Of a DNA stretch of 60,502 bases, positions 38,936 to 47,831 are shown one piece after another (position 1 is the first letter of the stretch; every line of letters begins with the position of its first letter). Origin of the DNA: an uncultured Microscilla sp. GTDB lineage: Bacteria > Bacteroidota > Bacteroidia > Cytophagales > Microscillaceae. The DNA is taken from the NCBI RefSeq assembly GCF_947493425.1, contig NZ_CANLRP010000034.1:1-60502 (forward strand). The letters are read 5' to 3'. Position numbers and translations under genes: made by a program. The notes under the pieces are model-generated. The model searched no databases. It saw nothing but the letters and a program-made list of their open reading frames with translations, and was not told the DNA's origin.

Positions 38936-39886
38936 TTAACTTGCTTGCATAAGAATTTGTCTTGCTACAGGCAATAGCTCTTGCTGTAGGTTTAAATCAA
39001 ACTTGCTAAGGCTAATTTGATCGCCTCCCTCAAACGAAATGTCAATTTTGTATACATTATCCATTGATGCTTTTATTTCTATAAGAGAAGCTGCTGCTTT
39101 GGGTTTGTAGGCTTCATAAGCTATCAATGATTCTTCGTTTTGTTGGTAAGCCTTGGTTGTTTTGATCTTTTCGCCTGTAATACTCCTTTTATCATGCTTA
39201 AAAGGCTGATCAATTATTTGAGTATTTTTTAGAATATCAGAAAGACTTGTTATTGATTGAGGTAGTTCCCAAGTAAAGTCGTAACCTACATTTTTGGATT
39301 GAATGATATACCCCTCAGTGGTTTGTTGATTGGGAAGTGTAAACTCTGCGGCTTGTTTTTCTAAGGCTGATACATCAAAGAAGCCAATGGTATAGCCCGT
39401 TGGTTTTTTGCTTAAGTAGTGAGCATACTTTTTTCTAAGTACAAAAGGCAAGCGTTGATCAGTTGCTTCAGCATATCCGGCTTGCTTTTGTTCTTGGTAT
39501 AGCTTCTTGCTTTGTGCAATCGTTTTACGATTGGTAGGAAAGGCTTGTTTTTGCATTTGTCCGTTGGTGCCTACCACTCCTTCATTTACAACCAACTCTT
39601 TGTCAGAAGCAAGTACCTCCCAAAATTGTTGCCCATTTTCCAGGTATTTATGAAAGGTATCGTTGCTATCAGGCCCAAACCTATACACACGGTAACGTCC
39701 GTTATGGTTAAACTGCCAGCTTTCTTCAGCAGTTACGGCATCCATCAAAGTGGAAACTTCTGCCTGAAGCGCCTGAAACCCCTGTTGACGTAGTTTATTT
39801 TTTACATCTAAAGTGGTAGTGGTACCAAATGCTTCTATCAGGTCTTCGGCTGCTTCTTTTACAGCATCTTTGGTAAGGGTTTTCAT
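38936..39886 (-). CDS. WGR-domain-containing protein. The N-terminal half has a WGR fold signature and the C-terminal ~170 aa is unknown.
   Basis: QQFWEVLASDKELVVNEGVVGTNGQMQKQAFPTNRKTIAQSKKLYQEQKQAGY matches the WGR pattern (W-E.....v..WGRiGt.Gq...k.f.....A...f.k....K...GY). Confidence 0.5.
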   Translation of the reverse strand: MKTLTKDAVKEAAEDLIEAFGTTTTLDVKNKLRQQGFQALQAEVSTLMDAVTAEESWQFNHNGRYRVYRFGPDSNDTFHKYLENGQQFWEVLASDKELVVNEGVVGTNGQMQKQAFPTNRKTIAQSKKLYQEQKQAGYAEATDQRLPFVLRKKYAHYLSKKPTGYTIGFFDVSALEKQAAEFTLPNQQTTEGYIIQSKNVGYDFTWELPQSITSLSDILKNTQIIDQPFKHDKRSITGEKIKTTKAYQQNEESLIAYEAYKPKAAASLIEIKASMDNVYKIDISFEGGDQISLSKFDLNLQQELLPVARQILMQAS

Positions 39887-40041
39887 AAGGTTGATAAATG
39901 TAGGTGATTTTGATTAAAACCTTCGTTTTGACATTTGAAGATACTAATTAAACTGAAAAAACAGCAGGGAAAGTCTTCGTTTTAGGCTATGGAATTAAGA
40001 TTTATTTTTTGCTTAAAATTGATAGCGCAAAACAGTAAATG

Positions 40042-40797
40042 TTACTTACCGGCATTTCCACTTCTTGAACGAATATTTTGACCATTACGTCCAGTACGAC
40101 TTTGGTATCGATAAAAAGCCCTTACCTTATTTTCTCGCTCATCGTCATAAAACAGTGAAGTACGTCTGCTATTTCTCGAAAATGTGCTGCCTGTTCCATA
40201 CAGGTTCTTTTCGTTACTTTTGCCGTAATAAGACTGACGTTCCCGGTAATTATGAAAGTAATTCATGAAACGGGCTTTAGATACAGGATAAGCCTGGATA
40301 TTACATATCCTTGCCATATTGCGGTACCTTCTTCTAAACCTCCAGGTAATTTGATCTTGTTTGGTTACCCATCTACCCATTCTTTTGTTTCCTATGTAAT
40401 AAGCATAACCTGGTGGTGAAACAATCAATGAAACCTGATCACCTTGTGGAGAAACCCTTTTAGAAGCTATTTGCATATCCAGGTTATGATAATGCTCAAA
40501 GAACATGTCTTTACCAACTGGTAAAAAATCAGTAACGCTTACTTTCATCCGGCGAGGATTATCAGCATTGGTTACTACCTTATACTTGTGTTTAAAGCGG
40601 GCATTGTTTGGGGCTGATTCTGACCATCCTTCTACATCCATATTATAGAGTATTACAAACATTGGAAGTTTGCTTTCAGGTGTTTTGTCTAAAATATCTT
40701 TCAGTGGATTGGCATGTTCATTTTTGTGAATGACCACATAAGACATTAAACCTATAAGCATAATCGCAGCAACAAAGTATATGGTAGATTTTTTCAT
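40042..40797 (-). CDS. Hypothetical membrane-anchored or secreted protein. It is a paralog of the 40951..41742 product and has an Arg/Ser/Tyr-rich C-terminal tail.
   Basis: The likely start is the Met of MKKSTIYFVAAIMLIGL, as the listed ORF extends upstream. It shares KLP.FVILY.MDV.G, YKV.TN.D.P and GY..Y.GNK blocks with its neighbour. The tail is RNSRRTS...SRTGRNGQNIRSRSGNAGK. Confidence 0.55.
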   Translation of the reverse strand: MKKSTIYFVAAIMLIGLMSYVVIHKNEHANPLKDILDKTPESKLPMFVILYNMDVEGWSESAPNNARFKHKYKVVTNADNPRRMKVSVTDFLPVGKDMFFEHYHNLDMQIASKRVSPQGDQVSLIVSPPGYAYYIGNKRMGRWVTKQDQITWRFRRRYRNMARICNIQAYPVSKARFMNYFHNYRERQSYYGKSNEKNLYGTGSTFSRNSRRTSLFYDDERENKVRAFYRYQSRTGRNGQNIRSRSGNAGK

Positions 40798-40950
40798 AGT
40801 TGATAAAATATTGTGATGCTTAAAGTTAATGATTTTTGGGGCAACTATTGGAGTGTAGGCAACAAAAAAACAGTTTGAATATTGCATCCAAACTGTTTTG
40901 ATTTTGATATATTTGAGAAATTAAATGCTATTATATTAAAAGCAAGGAAA

Positions 40951-41742
40951 TTACTTTCCAGAGCTTCCACTTCTTGACCTTGAGCTGTAACCGCTACGAC
41001 CGCTTGAACGAGAAGAACGACTGCTAGAACGGTACTTGCTATAAGATGAGCGAGTACGACTAGAGCGGCCACTGCTGTAGTAAGAACGAGAAGAAACACC
41101 ACGAGAGTAGCTGCTACCAGTACCATATCTACGGCGAGAGCCAGTTCCTCCATAATAAGGACGTCTGCCGGCGTAGCTGCGCTGGTACCTGTTGTAAGAG
41201 TTTCTGCGCACAGGGTAGGTAGCCATGTTAAACATAGTAGACAAAAACATGTACTTTCCGTAGAAAGACCAGAAAGACTCGCCACTACTGTTGGTCTTCC
41301 ATTGTCCGTATTGCTTGTTACCTACATAGTTAGAATAACCAGGAGGTGCTGGAATCTTGCTTACTATTTCTTTACCAGTAGTAGAATCTATACGCTTAGA
41401 AGCAAGCTCCATTCCCATGTTATTGTAGTTTTTGGCAAAATCTTGCTTACTAACTTGTGTCCAGGGAGTAATGGTTTCCTTCTTTTTAGCTGGATCATCT
41501 ACGTTAGTAATCACCTTGTACTTGTTCAAACGACGTGAACCTTTTACATCCATGTCATACAATATTACCGATAAAGGCAATTTGTCCTTAGGTGTTTGTC
41601 TAACAATGTCGTCTACTGGATACTTAATGTACTTTTCACTGCCACCACCACAGGAGGTTAACATGAAAGTCATCATTAAGGCAAATAGATAAATAGAGTA
41701 GTTTTTCATAATTTTAAGGTAAAATAATGTTACTAAATTCAC
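40951..41742 (-). CDS. Hypothetical lipoprotein with an RS/SR/Y-rich low-complexity C-terminal tail of ~60 aa. It is a paralog of the 40042..40797 product.
   Basis: It has a lipobox-like LTSCGG signal. The real start is probably the Met at ~41709. The tail is GTGSRRRYGTGSSYSRGVSSRSYYSSGRSSRTRSSYSKYRSSSRSSRSSGRSGYSSRSRSGSSGK. Confidence 0.6.
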   Translation of the reverse strand: MNLVTLFYLKIMKNYSIYLFALMMTFMLTSCGGGSEKYIKYPVDDIVRQTPKDKLPLSVILYDMDVKGSRRLNKYKVITNVDDPAKKKETITPWTQVSKQDFAKNYNNMGMELASKRIDSTTGKEIVSKIPAPPGYSNYVGNKQYGQWKTNSSGESFWSFYGKYMFLSTMFNMATYPVRRNSYNRYQRSYAGRRPYYGGTGSRRRYGTGSSYSRGVSSRSYYSSGRSSRTRSSYSKYRSSSRSSRSSGRSGYSSRSRSGSSGK

Positions 41743-42274
41743 TTTCGTCTACCACCAAACCAACTGCCGCTTCAAACTCTGTTTCTCCCCATTGTTCAAT
41801 AGAAAGTACATGTTTTTCTGCTTCGTCGTAATAACTCCAAGAAACCACTTTTTCCCAATTACGTGTATCCACATCTCTAAAACGTGCGGTACCTTCTTCT
41901 TCTTTATAATATGTAATTCCTTTGTGAGTGATTTCTTTGGGAGGAGTACCATTTCGGTGAATCTCTTCAGGAATATCAGCATCAATTGAACTTACTCTGA
42001 TTTTTTCAGTGAGGGTACATTCCAGTTCTCCATCATCTTCTTCATAATGTAAGAATCTTTTTTCTTCTACTGTTGCCAGCAAAAATTCAAAAGTAAAGTA
42101 CCTATCACCCCAATCGTATTCATATTGAGCCTTGACTTCCCAGGTTTGGAGATCATAATCCAAAAAAGCACCCTTCCTTAAGTCTTTGACTTGGACATTG
42201 GTTGGATCATAAGTTAATCTTTCGTCAGGTTTCTCTTTTTTACTACCAAACAAGTTGCGTAACCATTTAAGCAT
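41714..42274 (-). CDS. Hypothetical protein, possibly DUF4178-like.
   Basis: 186 aa. The W/Y/E-rich pattern (DYDLQTWEVKAQYEYDWGDRYFTFEFLL...FLHYEEDDGELECTL) resembles DUF4178 family members. I recognise no catalytic motif. Confidence 0.45.
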   Translation of the reverse strand: MLKWLRNLFGSKKEKPDERLTYDPTNVQVKDLRKGAFLDYDLQTWEVKAQYEYDWGDRYFTFEFLLATVEEKRFLHYEEDDGELECTLTEKIRVSSIDADIPEEIHRNGTPPKEITHKGITYYKEEEGTARFRDVDTRNWEKVVSWSYYDEAEKHVLSIEQWGETEFEAAVGLVVDESEFSNIILP

Positions 42275-42498
42275 TATAAGATGGTTTAAATTAGATTTTC
42301 TATACTAATATACAGCAAATAAAAAATTTTAGAGAAAATTTCAAAACTTAATCTTTATTTTATTTTTTTTCATAAAAATGCTTTCAGGTGTAGTATTGCC
42401 AAAATAAATAGCAAAACTTTACATAAAGTTTGGTGCCTTGTCAACGATAAAAGCCAACCCATTTGTTGTCTAATAAACAGTAAAAATGAAAGAAATTT

Positions 42499-43191
42499 TC
42501 AAGGAAAAACTTTTAAGTCTTCTATCACCCCATTGGCGCACTTTAATACCCTGGCAGGAAATTTTTCTAGTACCTCATAGTCGTGTGTTGCCATGAGTAT
42601 AGCAGTGCCACTGTTATTAATTCTTTGAAATAGTTTCAGAATCTCTTCCGACATATCAGGATCAAGGTTTCCGGTGGGTTCGTCAGCTAAGAGTACCATA
42701 GGTTCATTGATCAAAGCACGGGCAATCACCACCCGTTGTTGTTCACCTCCTGAGAGTTGATGGGGAAATTTTTTGTTGATTCCAGGCAAGTCTACTTGTT
42801 GTAAGAGTTCAGTAGTGCGTTGTTGTATTTTCTGGGTGTTTTTCCAGCCAGTAGCTCTCATTACAAAAGCCAGGTTATCAGCAATGTTGCGGTCGGGGAG
42901 TAGTTGAAAATCCTGAAAAACAATGCCTAGCTTACGCCTGAGAAAGGGTATCTCTCTGTGAAGCAACTGGTTTACCTCAAAACCCGCCACATGTACTTGT
43001 CCTTTGCGTAGTGGCAAGTCGGCATACAACGTTTTCAATAAAGAGCTCTTTCCGGTGCCTGTTCTCCCTATAATGTATACAAACTCCCCTTTCTGTATGG
43101 TAAAGTTTAAACCTGAAAGTACAAGGGATGCCTGTTGGTAAATGTTGGCATTGTTTACTTCAATGATGTTGTCAGGAGCTAAGAATGACAT
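42499..43191 (-). CDS. ftsE: Cell-division ABC transporter ATP-binding protein FtsE.
   Basis: It has Walker A (GRTGTGKSS), the ABC signature (LSGGEQQRV), Walker B ([11 protein letters not shown]) and the H-loop. It is 230 aa, the typical FtsE size. No ftsX is adjacent. Confidence 0.85.
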   Translation of the reverse strand: MSFLAPDNIIEVNNANIYQQASLVLSGLNFTIQKGEFVYIIGRTGTGKSSLLKTLYADLPLRKGQVHVAGFEVNQLLHREIPFLRRKLGIVFQDFQLLPDRNIADNLAFVMRATGWKNTQKIQQRTTELLQQVDLPGINKKFPHQLSGGEQQRVVIARALINEPMVLLADEPTGNLDPDMSEEILKLFQRINNSGTAILMATHDYEVLEKFPARVLKCANGVIEDLKVFP

Positions 43192-43506
43192 AAGTTGTTT
43201 AGGTTTGTTGTATCAAAAATAAAGCATTTTTGGGACAGGAGTAAATTATATGGTCTCGTTTTGCCTTTTGGTCTATAGGCAAATGCAGCTATTTTGCCCC
43301 TTGTTGGTCATCTAGATATTAAAAGTCAAGTTGAGTGCTATTTCTAAAAAACAAAAGCAACCTATAGAAAATCTACAGGCTGCTTTTATTATTTAGGATA
43401 TTTTATGCAAAACTAAGGAATTGTTCAAAAATAAATTTACACTCTGAGAGGTGATCTTTCGCCTTGATACTTCGTTATTTTTATTGCCCGTAGCGCTGCT
43501 ATGGGC

Positions 43507-43579
43507 GCAAAAAATAGCCTCGTCTCAAAACAAAACTTCTACCTCAAGAATGGTAATTTAATTTCTCACCATTCCTAAG
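43507..43579. repeat. 73-nt repeat element, copy 2. Copy 1 is at 1-73 (72/73 nt identical). It contains a 7-bp stem hairpin, gaatggt-N13-accattc.
   Basis: The sequence is gcaaaaaatagcctcgtctcaaaacaaaac[c/t]tctacctcaagaatggtaatttaatttctcaccattcctaag. Both copies lie immediately 3' of minus-strand genes, the MVP gene and the transaldolase gene. Confidence 0.8.
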
Positions 43580-44246
43580 CGTTTTGGGCAGTAGACTCTG
43601 CTTTTTTATGGTCTGCCAAAAACTTGCTCAAGCCTATATCAGTCAATGGATGTTTTAATAGGCCCAAAATTACATTTAAAGGGCAAGTTGCTACATCAGC
43701 GCCTAACTCAGCGCACTTGATAAGGTGCATTGTATGGCGAACTGAAGCAGCCAATACTTGAGTGTTAAATTCATAAGTATTATAAATGTGTACAATTTGG
43801 TCTATCAATTGTAAACCATCAGTACTTACATCGTCTAAACGGCCAATAAAAGGAGATACATAAGTAGCACCAGCTTTGGCAGCAAGCAATGCTTGTCCTG
43901 ATGAAAATACCAAAGTACAATTGGTTTTGATGCCTTGCTTAGAAAAATATTTCAGTGCACGCACCCCATCTTTAATCATAGGTATTTTTACCACAATACG
44001 GGGATGAATAGCGGCCAGTTCTTCGCCTTCTGCTACCATTCCTTCATAGTCAGTGGCTATTACTTCTGCGCTTACATCTCCATCTACAATGTCGCAAATT
44101 CTGGCGTAATGTGCCATTACATTATGCTTCCCACTGATCCCCTCTTTTGCCATAAGCGAAGGGTTAGTAGTTACACCATCTAAAACACCTAAATCCTGTG
44201 CCTCCTGAATCTCTTTCAGGTTGGCAGTATCTATAAAAAACTTCAT
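43575..44246 (-). CDS. Transaldolase-family protein (fructose-6-phosphate aldolase / TalC-type short transaldolase).
   Basis: 223 aa. It has [10 protein letters not shown]...GVTTNPSL and the Schiff-base lysine context IVVKIP, which is typical of the short Tal/FSA subfamily. Confidence 0.9.
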   Translation of the reverse strand: MKFFIDTANLKEIQEAQDLGVLDGVTTNPSLMAKEGISGKHNVMAHYARICDIVDGDVSAEVIATDYEGMVAEGEELAAIHPRIVVKIPMIKDGVRALKYFSKQGIKTNCTLVFSSGQALLAAKAGATYVSPFIGRLDDVSTDGLQLIDQIVHIYNTYEFNTQVLAASVRHTMHLIKCAELGADVATCPLNVILGLLKHPLTDIGLSKFLADHKKAESTAQNA

Positions 44247-44445
44247 ACAACGAAAACGGTCTTAATTTGGAAACCTTAAGTAGTTAATGGAAGCAAAATT
44301 AAGCAAAAGCCTGAATTAAGGAATGATTTATCCTGAAAGCTTTAAGTTTTTAATTAAAAAGAAGTAATGAATTGAAAATTTAAATAGGGATTATAGAAAA
44401 GGGGAAGGGAGATAAAAAGCAAGTGAGTCACGAGGCTACGACTTG

Positions 44446-44490
44446 ATGCCCTTGCTGCTTTCCAACCCTGGGGGGTTACAAGGAGCCGTC
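44446..44490. repeat. GC-rich conserved ~45-nt element, copy A. It is gatgcccttgctgctttccaaccctggggggttacaaggagc, with a ccttg/caagg internal stem.
   Basis: It is 40/45 nt identical to copy B at 45276-45320. It lies in the minus-strand leader ~200 nt upstream of the transaldolase start. Confidence 0.7.
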
Positions 44491-44568
44491 GTACCCACAT
44501 TGCACTGCAAAGGTAAAGCAAAATTTGAAATTTCAAAAATTTAAAATAAATATTTGATTATTAGTGAC

Positions 44569-45168
44569 TTATTTGGTCAATATGCCATATTGTTGAATTT
44601 CGGCGTCTGTCATCCAGTGTATAGAAGACGCTGGTGCAGCCTTAATTGTAAAGTAATAAAAGCTTTTAGCTTGTGTTTGACTAAAGCCTACAGATACATA
44701 GTATTTAATGTATTTTTGATGTTCAATATGCCCTTCAGGAAAGTCAGTGGCTTCTTGATCATTGCCTGCCCATGAATGTACGCCTATTTTGGTATTACTT
44801 CCTTTACTTCTTTCTACTCCTGCCAGAAAAAAATCAGTACCTCCAGAGGCTACCAAACCTCCATCCTCTATGTGAGTGTTGATCTTTTTTTGGTGAACCA
44901 ATGCAGACAATTGCAAATTTATATCATCATCTGATGAACCATCACAAGTTTTAATATGAATGATTGTAATATTGGGGTAAGCAGTAATCAATGAAGTAAA
45001 GTTGGTAAGCGATTGACTGTTAACTTCTCCGTTCATTTCTACGCTTGTGTTGTTGTCTAATACTTTGAAAATACCAAACTGTTTTTGTGAAGAGGGTGTT
45101 TGTATTGACTTGCAGCCTGAAAGTATCAATACAATCAATAGTAATATAGAGGTATAATGCTTTATCAT
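44569..45168 (-). CDS. Hypothetical lipoprotein.
   Basis: The likely start is the Met of MIKHYTSILLLIVLILSGC (lipobox). The protein is ~200 aa with no recognised domain. Confidence 0.5.
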   Translation of the reverse strand: MIKHYTSILLLIVLILSGCKSIQTPSSQKQFGIFKVLDNNTSVEMNGEVNSQSLTNFTSLITAYPNITIIHIKTCDGSSDDDINLQLSALVHQKKINTHIEDGGLVASGGTDFFLAGVERSKGSNTKIGVHSWAGNDQEATDFPEGHIEHQKYIKYYVSVGFSQTQAKSFYYFTIKAAPASSIHWMTDAEIQQYGILTK

Positions 45169-45275
45169 AGATAGTTGGCAATTATATACAAAAATATGTG
45201 ATGATGGGTGGTTGTTTAGAGGAGAAAAGAAGGGAGAAGAAAAAAGCATGACAGTATCGCACTGCTACAACCGGA

Positions 45276-45320
45276 TGCCCTTGCTGTCTTCCGACCCTGG
45301 GGGAGTTACAAGGAGCTAGT
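45276..45320. repeat. GC-rich conserved ~45-nt element, copy B.
   Basis: The sequence is gatgcccttgctgtcttccgaccctgggggagttacaaggagc. It lies ~110 nt upstream of the lipoprotein gene (-) and ~160 nt upstream of the DUF1573 gene (+). Confidence 0.7.
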
Positions 45321-45478
45321 CGCACTGCCACGCGCCACAAAAGTAGTAGTTATTATTTAATTGTCAAAATTTCGAATAAAAAAGCTATATTTTGTAACTT
45401 TACAGTATCAAAACTACAACTCAAACAGAGTTTATGCGTTTTGATTTTAGATTTTAAAAAAGAATTTCAAACACTATA

Positions 45479-45880
45479 ATGAAAAAACAACTATTTATTC
45501 TTTTAGCACTTGCAGTAGTAGTAAGCGGAGTTTTTGCTTTCACTACTGTAAATAAAGTTGATGGTCCTAAGTTTAAATGGAGCAAAACTATACATGATTT
45601 TGGTAAAATAGAGCAAGGTAAGCCTGTAAAAACAGCGTTTGAATTTACAAATAGTGGCAATGCTCCTATTATTATTACTAAAGTGCAAACATCTTGTGGA
45701 TGTACTGCCTCTGAATACCCTAAAACTCCTATTATGCCAGGGCAAACCAAAAAAATAAAAGTAGGTTATAATGCAGCAGCAATGGGAACTTTTAGTAAAA
45801 CGATTACAGTAATGTCTAACTCAGAAAAACCCACTACTGTATTATTTATTAAGGGAGAAGTGATTGCTAAGAAAAAATAA
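45479..45880 (+). CDS. DUF1573 domain-containing secreted protein.
   Basis: It has a signal peptide, then FDFGKIEQGKPV...FEFTNSGNAPIIITKVQTSCGCT, which is the hallmark DUF1573 motif. Confidence 0.7.
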   Translation: MKKQLFILLALAVVVSGVFAFTTVNKVDGPKFKWSKTIHDFGKIEQGKPVKTAFEFTNSGNAPIIITKVQTSCGCTASEYPKTPIMPGQTKKIKVGYNAAAMGTFSKTITVMSNSEKPTTVLFIKGEVIAKKK

Positions 45881-45952
45881 AGTGCTGACTATCAGCATTG
45901 AATAAATATTGAAGCCTGTTTCTGACAAGAAACAGGCTTTTTTTAGCTCTTA

Positions 45953-47215
45953 CTATGATATTATTGCTTGGTTGGCGCGTGTAATTGGTTGTTGATGTAT
46001 ACTTTTAAACCAATGTGCTATTTTTATAAGCCATATAGCCGATACAATGCAAATAGTGGCACAACCTATTAAAAATGGAACAAACAGTGGAGTTTGATAT
46101 AATAAAAACAGTAAAATTAATGAAGTGATTAATAAGCGAGAAAACTCTATAGGTATTACCCAGTTTTTGCGTTCAAACAACCCCCCCGGAGTTAGTATGG
46201 CAAAAAGTGTTAGACCAACTCCGATGCCTTTGAGTATCCAATCCATCTTATCTATTTGAGACATAAAATAAGCCGAACCTGCCAGGGTAAGGACATAATG
46301 AAATAGCACATACCAATTGACAATAGCAGGGGTTTGGGTGTTAAACTTTTGGTATTGATTGCGGTCTACTTCTGGGGCGTGCTGCATGCCTCCCATACTT
46401 TCAGGGCGCCAGCCAGGTTTGTAAAACAACACCTTAAGTTTGTTTATAAAACCTGGAGTTTCTTTGAGTTGTTTGCCAATGACTTGAAAATGGGTAAAGT
46501 TTACTAAAATAGGGTTCCAAGTGTTTACTGGTGTAGTGATACCATAAATAGGCTGTTCTTCTTCTTCCTGAAAAGTGCCAAACATTCTATCCCAGATAAT
46601 AAATGTGCCTGCATGATTTTTATCTATGTATTTGGGGTTGCGTCCGTGGTGTACCCTGTGGTGGGAGGGAGTATTCATAAACCATTCTAAAAAGCCCATT
46701 TTTCCAATGGCCTCAGTATGAATCCAAAACTGGTACAATAGGTTAAAACCTGATATAATCACCACTGCGCTAGGATCAAAGCCTAACAATGCCAATGGCC
46801 AAAAGAAGAAAGAGGTAAAAAAGATTTGGAACCAACTCTGGCGTAAAGCTACTGATAAGTTGTAATCTTCGCTTTGATGATGTACTTGGTGCCCACTCCA
46901 GAATAAGTTGATTTCGTGGTTCATTCGGTGTGCCCAATAATAGCAAAAATCCCAGGCAAAAAAGAGGATTATATAATTTAATACGGTGTTTTCAACTTTA
47001 AAGAAAGCCAGGTTTTCGTAGATAAGGGTGTAAATGGCTACAGTAATGAGTTGGAAAAATATTTTGACTGCTTGCTGTCCTATACCACAGCTGATGTTAG
47101 TAATGGCATCGTTTAAACGATATCTTTTAGTTTTTTGGAATTGTTCTACAAGTAGCTCTAAGCCCATTAACCCAAAATACATGGGTATGGCAATTACAAC
47201 AGGGTCAAAATTCAT
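45953..47215 (-). CDS. Fatty acid hydroxylase / sterol desaturase superfamily membrane protein.
   Basis: It has the histidine boxes HRMNHE...H, HQVHHQ and HHRVHHGRN, and an extra C-terminal hydrophobic domain. Confidence 0.75.
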   Translation of the reverse strand: MNFDPVVIAIPMYFGLMGLELLVEQFQKTKRYRLNDAITNISCGIGQQAVKIFFQLITVAIYTLIYENLAFFKVENTVLNYIILFFAWDFCYYWAHRMNHEINLFWSGHQVHHQSEDYNLSVALRQSWFQIFFTSFFFWPLALLGFDPSAVVIISGFNLLYQFWIHTEAIGKMGFLEWFMNTPSHHRVHHGRNPKYIDKNHAGTFIIWDRMFGTFQEEEEQPIYGITTPVNTWNPILVNFTHFQVIGKQLKETPGFINKLKVLFYKPGWRPESMGGMQHAPEVDRNQYQKFNTQTPAIVNWYVLFHYVLTLAGSAYFMSQIDKMDWILKGIGVGLTLFAILTPGGLFERKNWVIPIEFSRLLITSLILLFLLYQTPLFVPFLIGCATICIVSAIWLIKIAHWFKSIHQQPITRANQAIIS

Positions 47216-47340
47216 AAGTTAGTATAATTGGATTCGTGTATAGTACAAATTTACAGAAAATAGAAAGTGTATCAAATTTTCTGAGGACAATAACTTCCCT
47301 TGGTAAATTCTTTAAATTGTATAATTGAATGTTATTTGTC

Positions 47341-47420
47341 ATGTTTGTTAAGTACAAATGTGGATAAGTCAAAGTTATCCACATATCCACATGCTGGTGT
47401 GTGGATAACTTGTGAATAAC
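47341..47420. promoter_or_regulatory. Dense cluster of DnaA-box consensus 9-mers. It includes the palindromic pair tgtggataa-N7-ttatccaca.
   Basis: tgtggataa at 47359-47367, ttatccaca at 47375-47383, tatccacat at 47384-47392 and tgtggataa at 47400-47408. The cluster sits at the edge of a ~430-bp, roughly 80% AT intergenic stretch (47420-47830). Confidence 0.5.
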
Positions 47421-47831
47421 TTATAGTCATTCTTTTTACCCCTTCGTTTATAGTAATTTTTACTATAATTATAACTTTGATACATTATTTTGTTTTGATT
47501 TTGTGTGTTTTTGTTTACTACTATTTTTTGTTATACTGCATACCTCTTTTCTTAGTTAGTTTTTGCTTTTAAAAATATTATTTAACATAATTTATTTATA
47601 TTTAATTAATACAAAATAAGAGCTGTATGTTAGTCAATATATGTATAGGAAAAATACAATATTCTTTGTGGTTTTAAATAAAAACTTCTATTGATTTTAT
47701 TGAAAGCCTGTTGTGTAAATCAAACATTCTCTCCTTTCTTTGAGTTTATCACCCAATAATTCTTGTGAAAATTATTAACTGAAAAGCGTAGCTTTTATAT
47801 TTACTGCATAAAAAAAGACTCTAAATCTATT

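Noticed and set aside
40845-41285. 146-aa ORF (minus strand), rich in Ala/Leu/Val/Thr.
   Set aside because: It lies entirely within the 40951..41742 lipoprotein gene in another frame. Its composition is the alternate-frame reading of the RS/SR repeat DNA, so it is spurious.
44354-44536. 60-aa minus-strand ORF.
   Set aside because: It overlaps the conserved GC-rich non-coding element (copy A), and a second copy of the element is not in an ORF. It is likely non-coding leader sequence.
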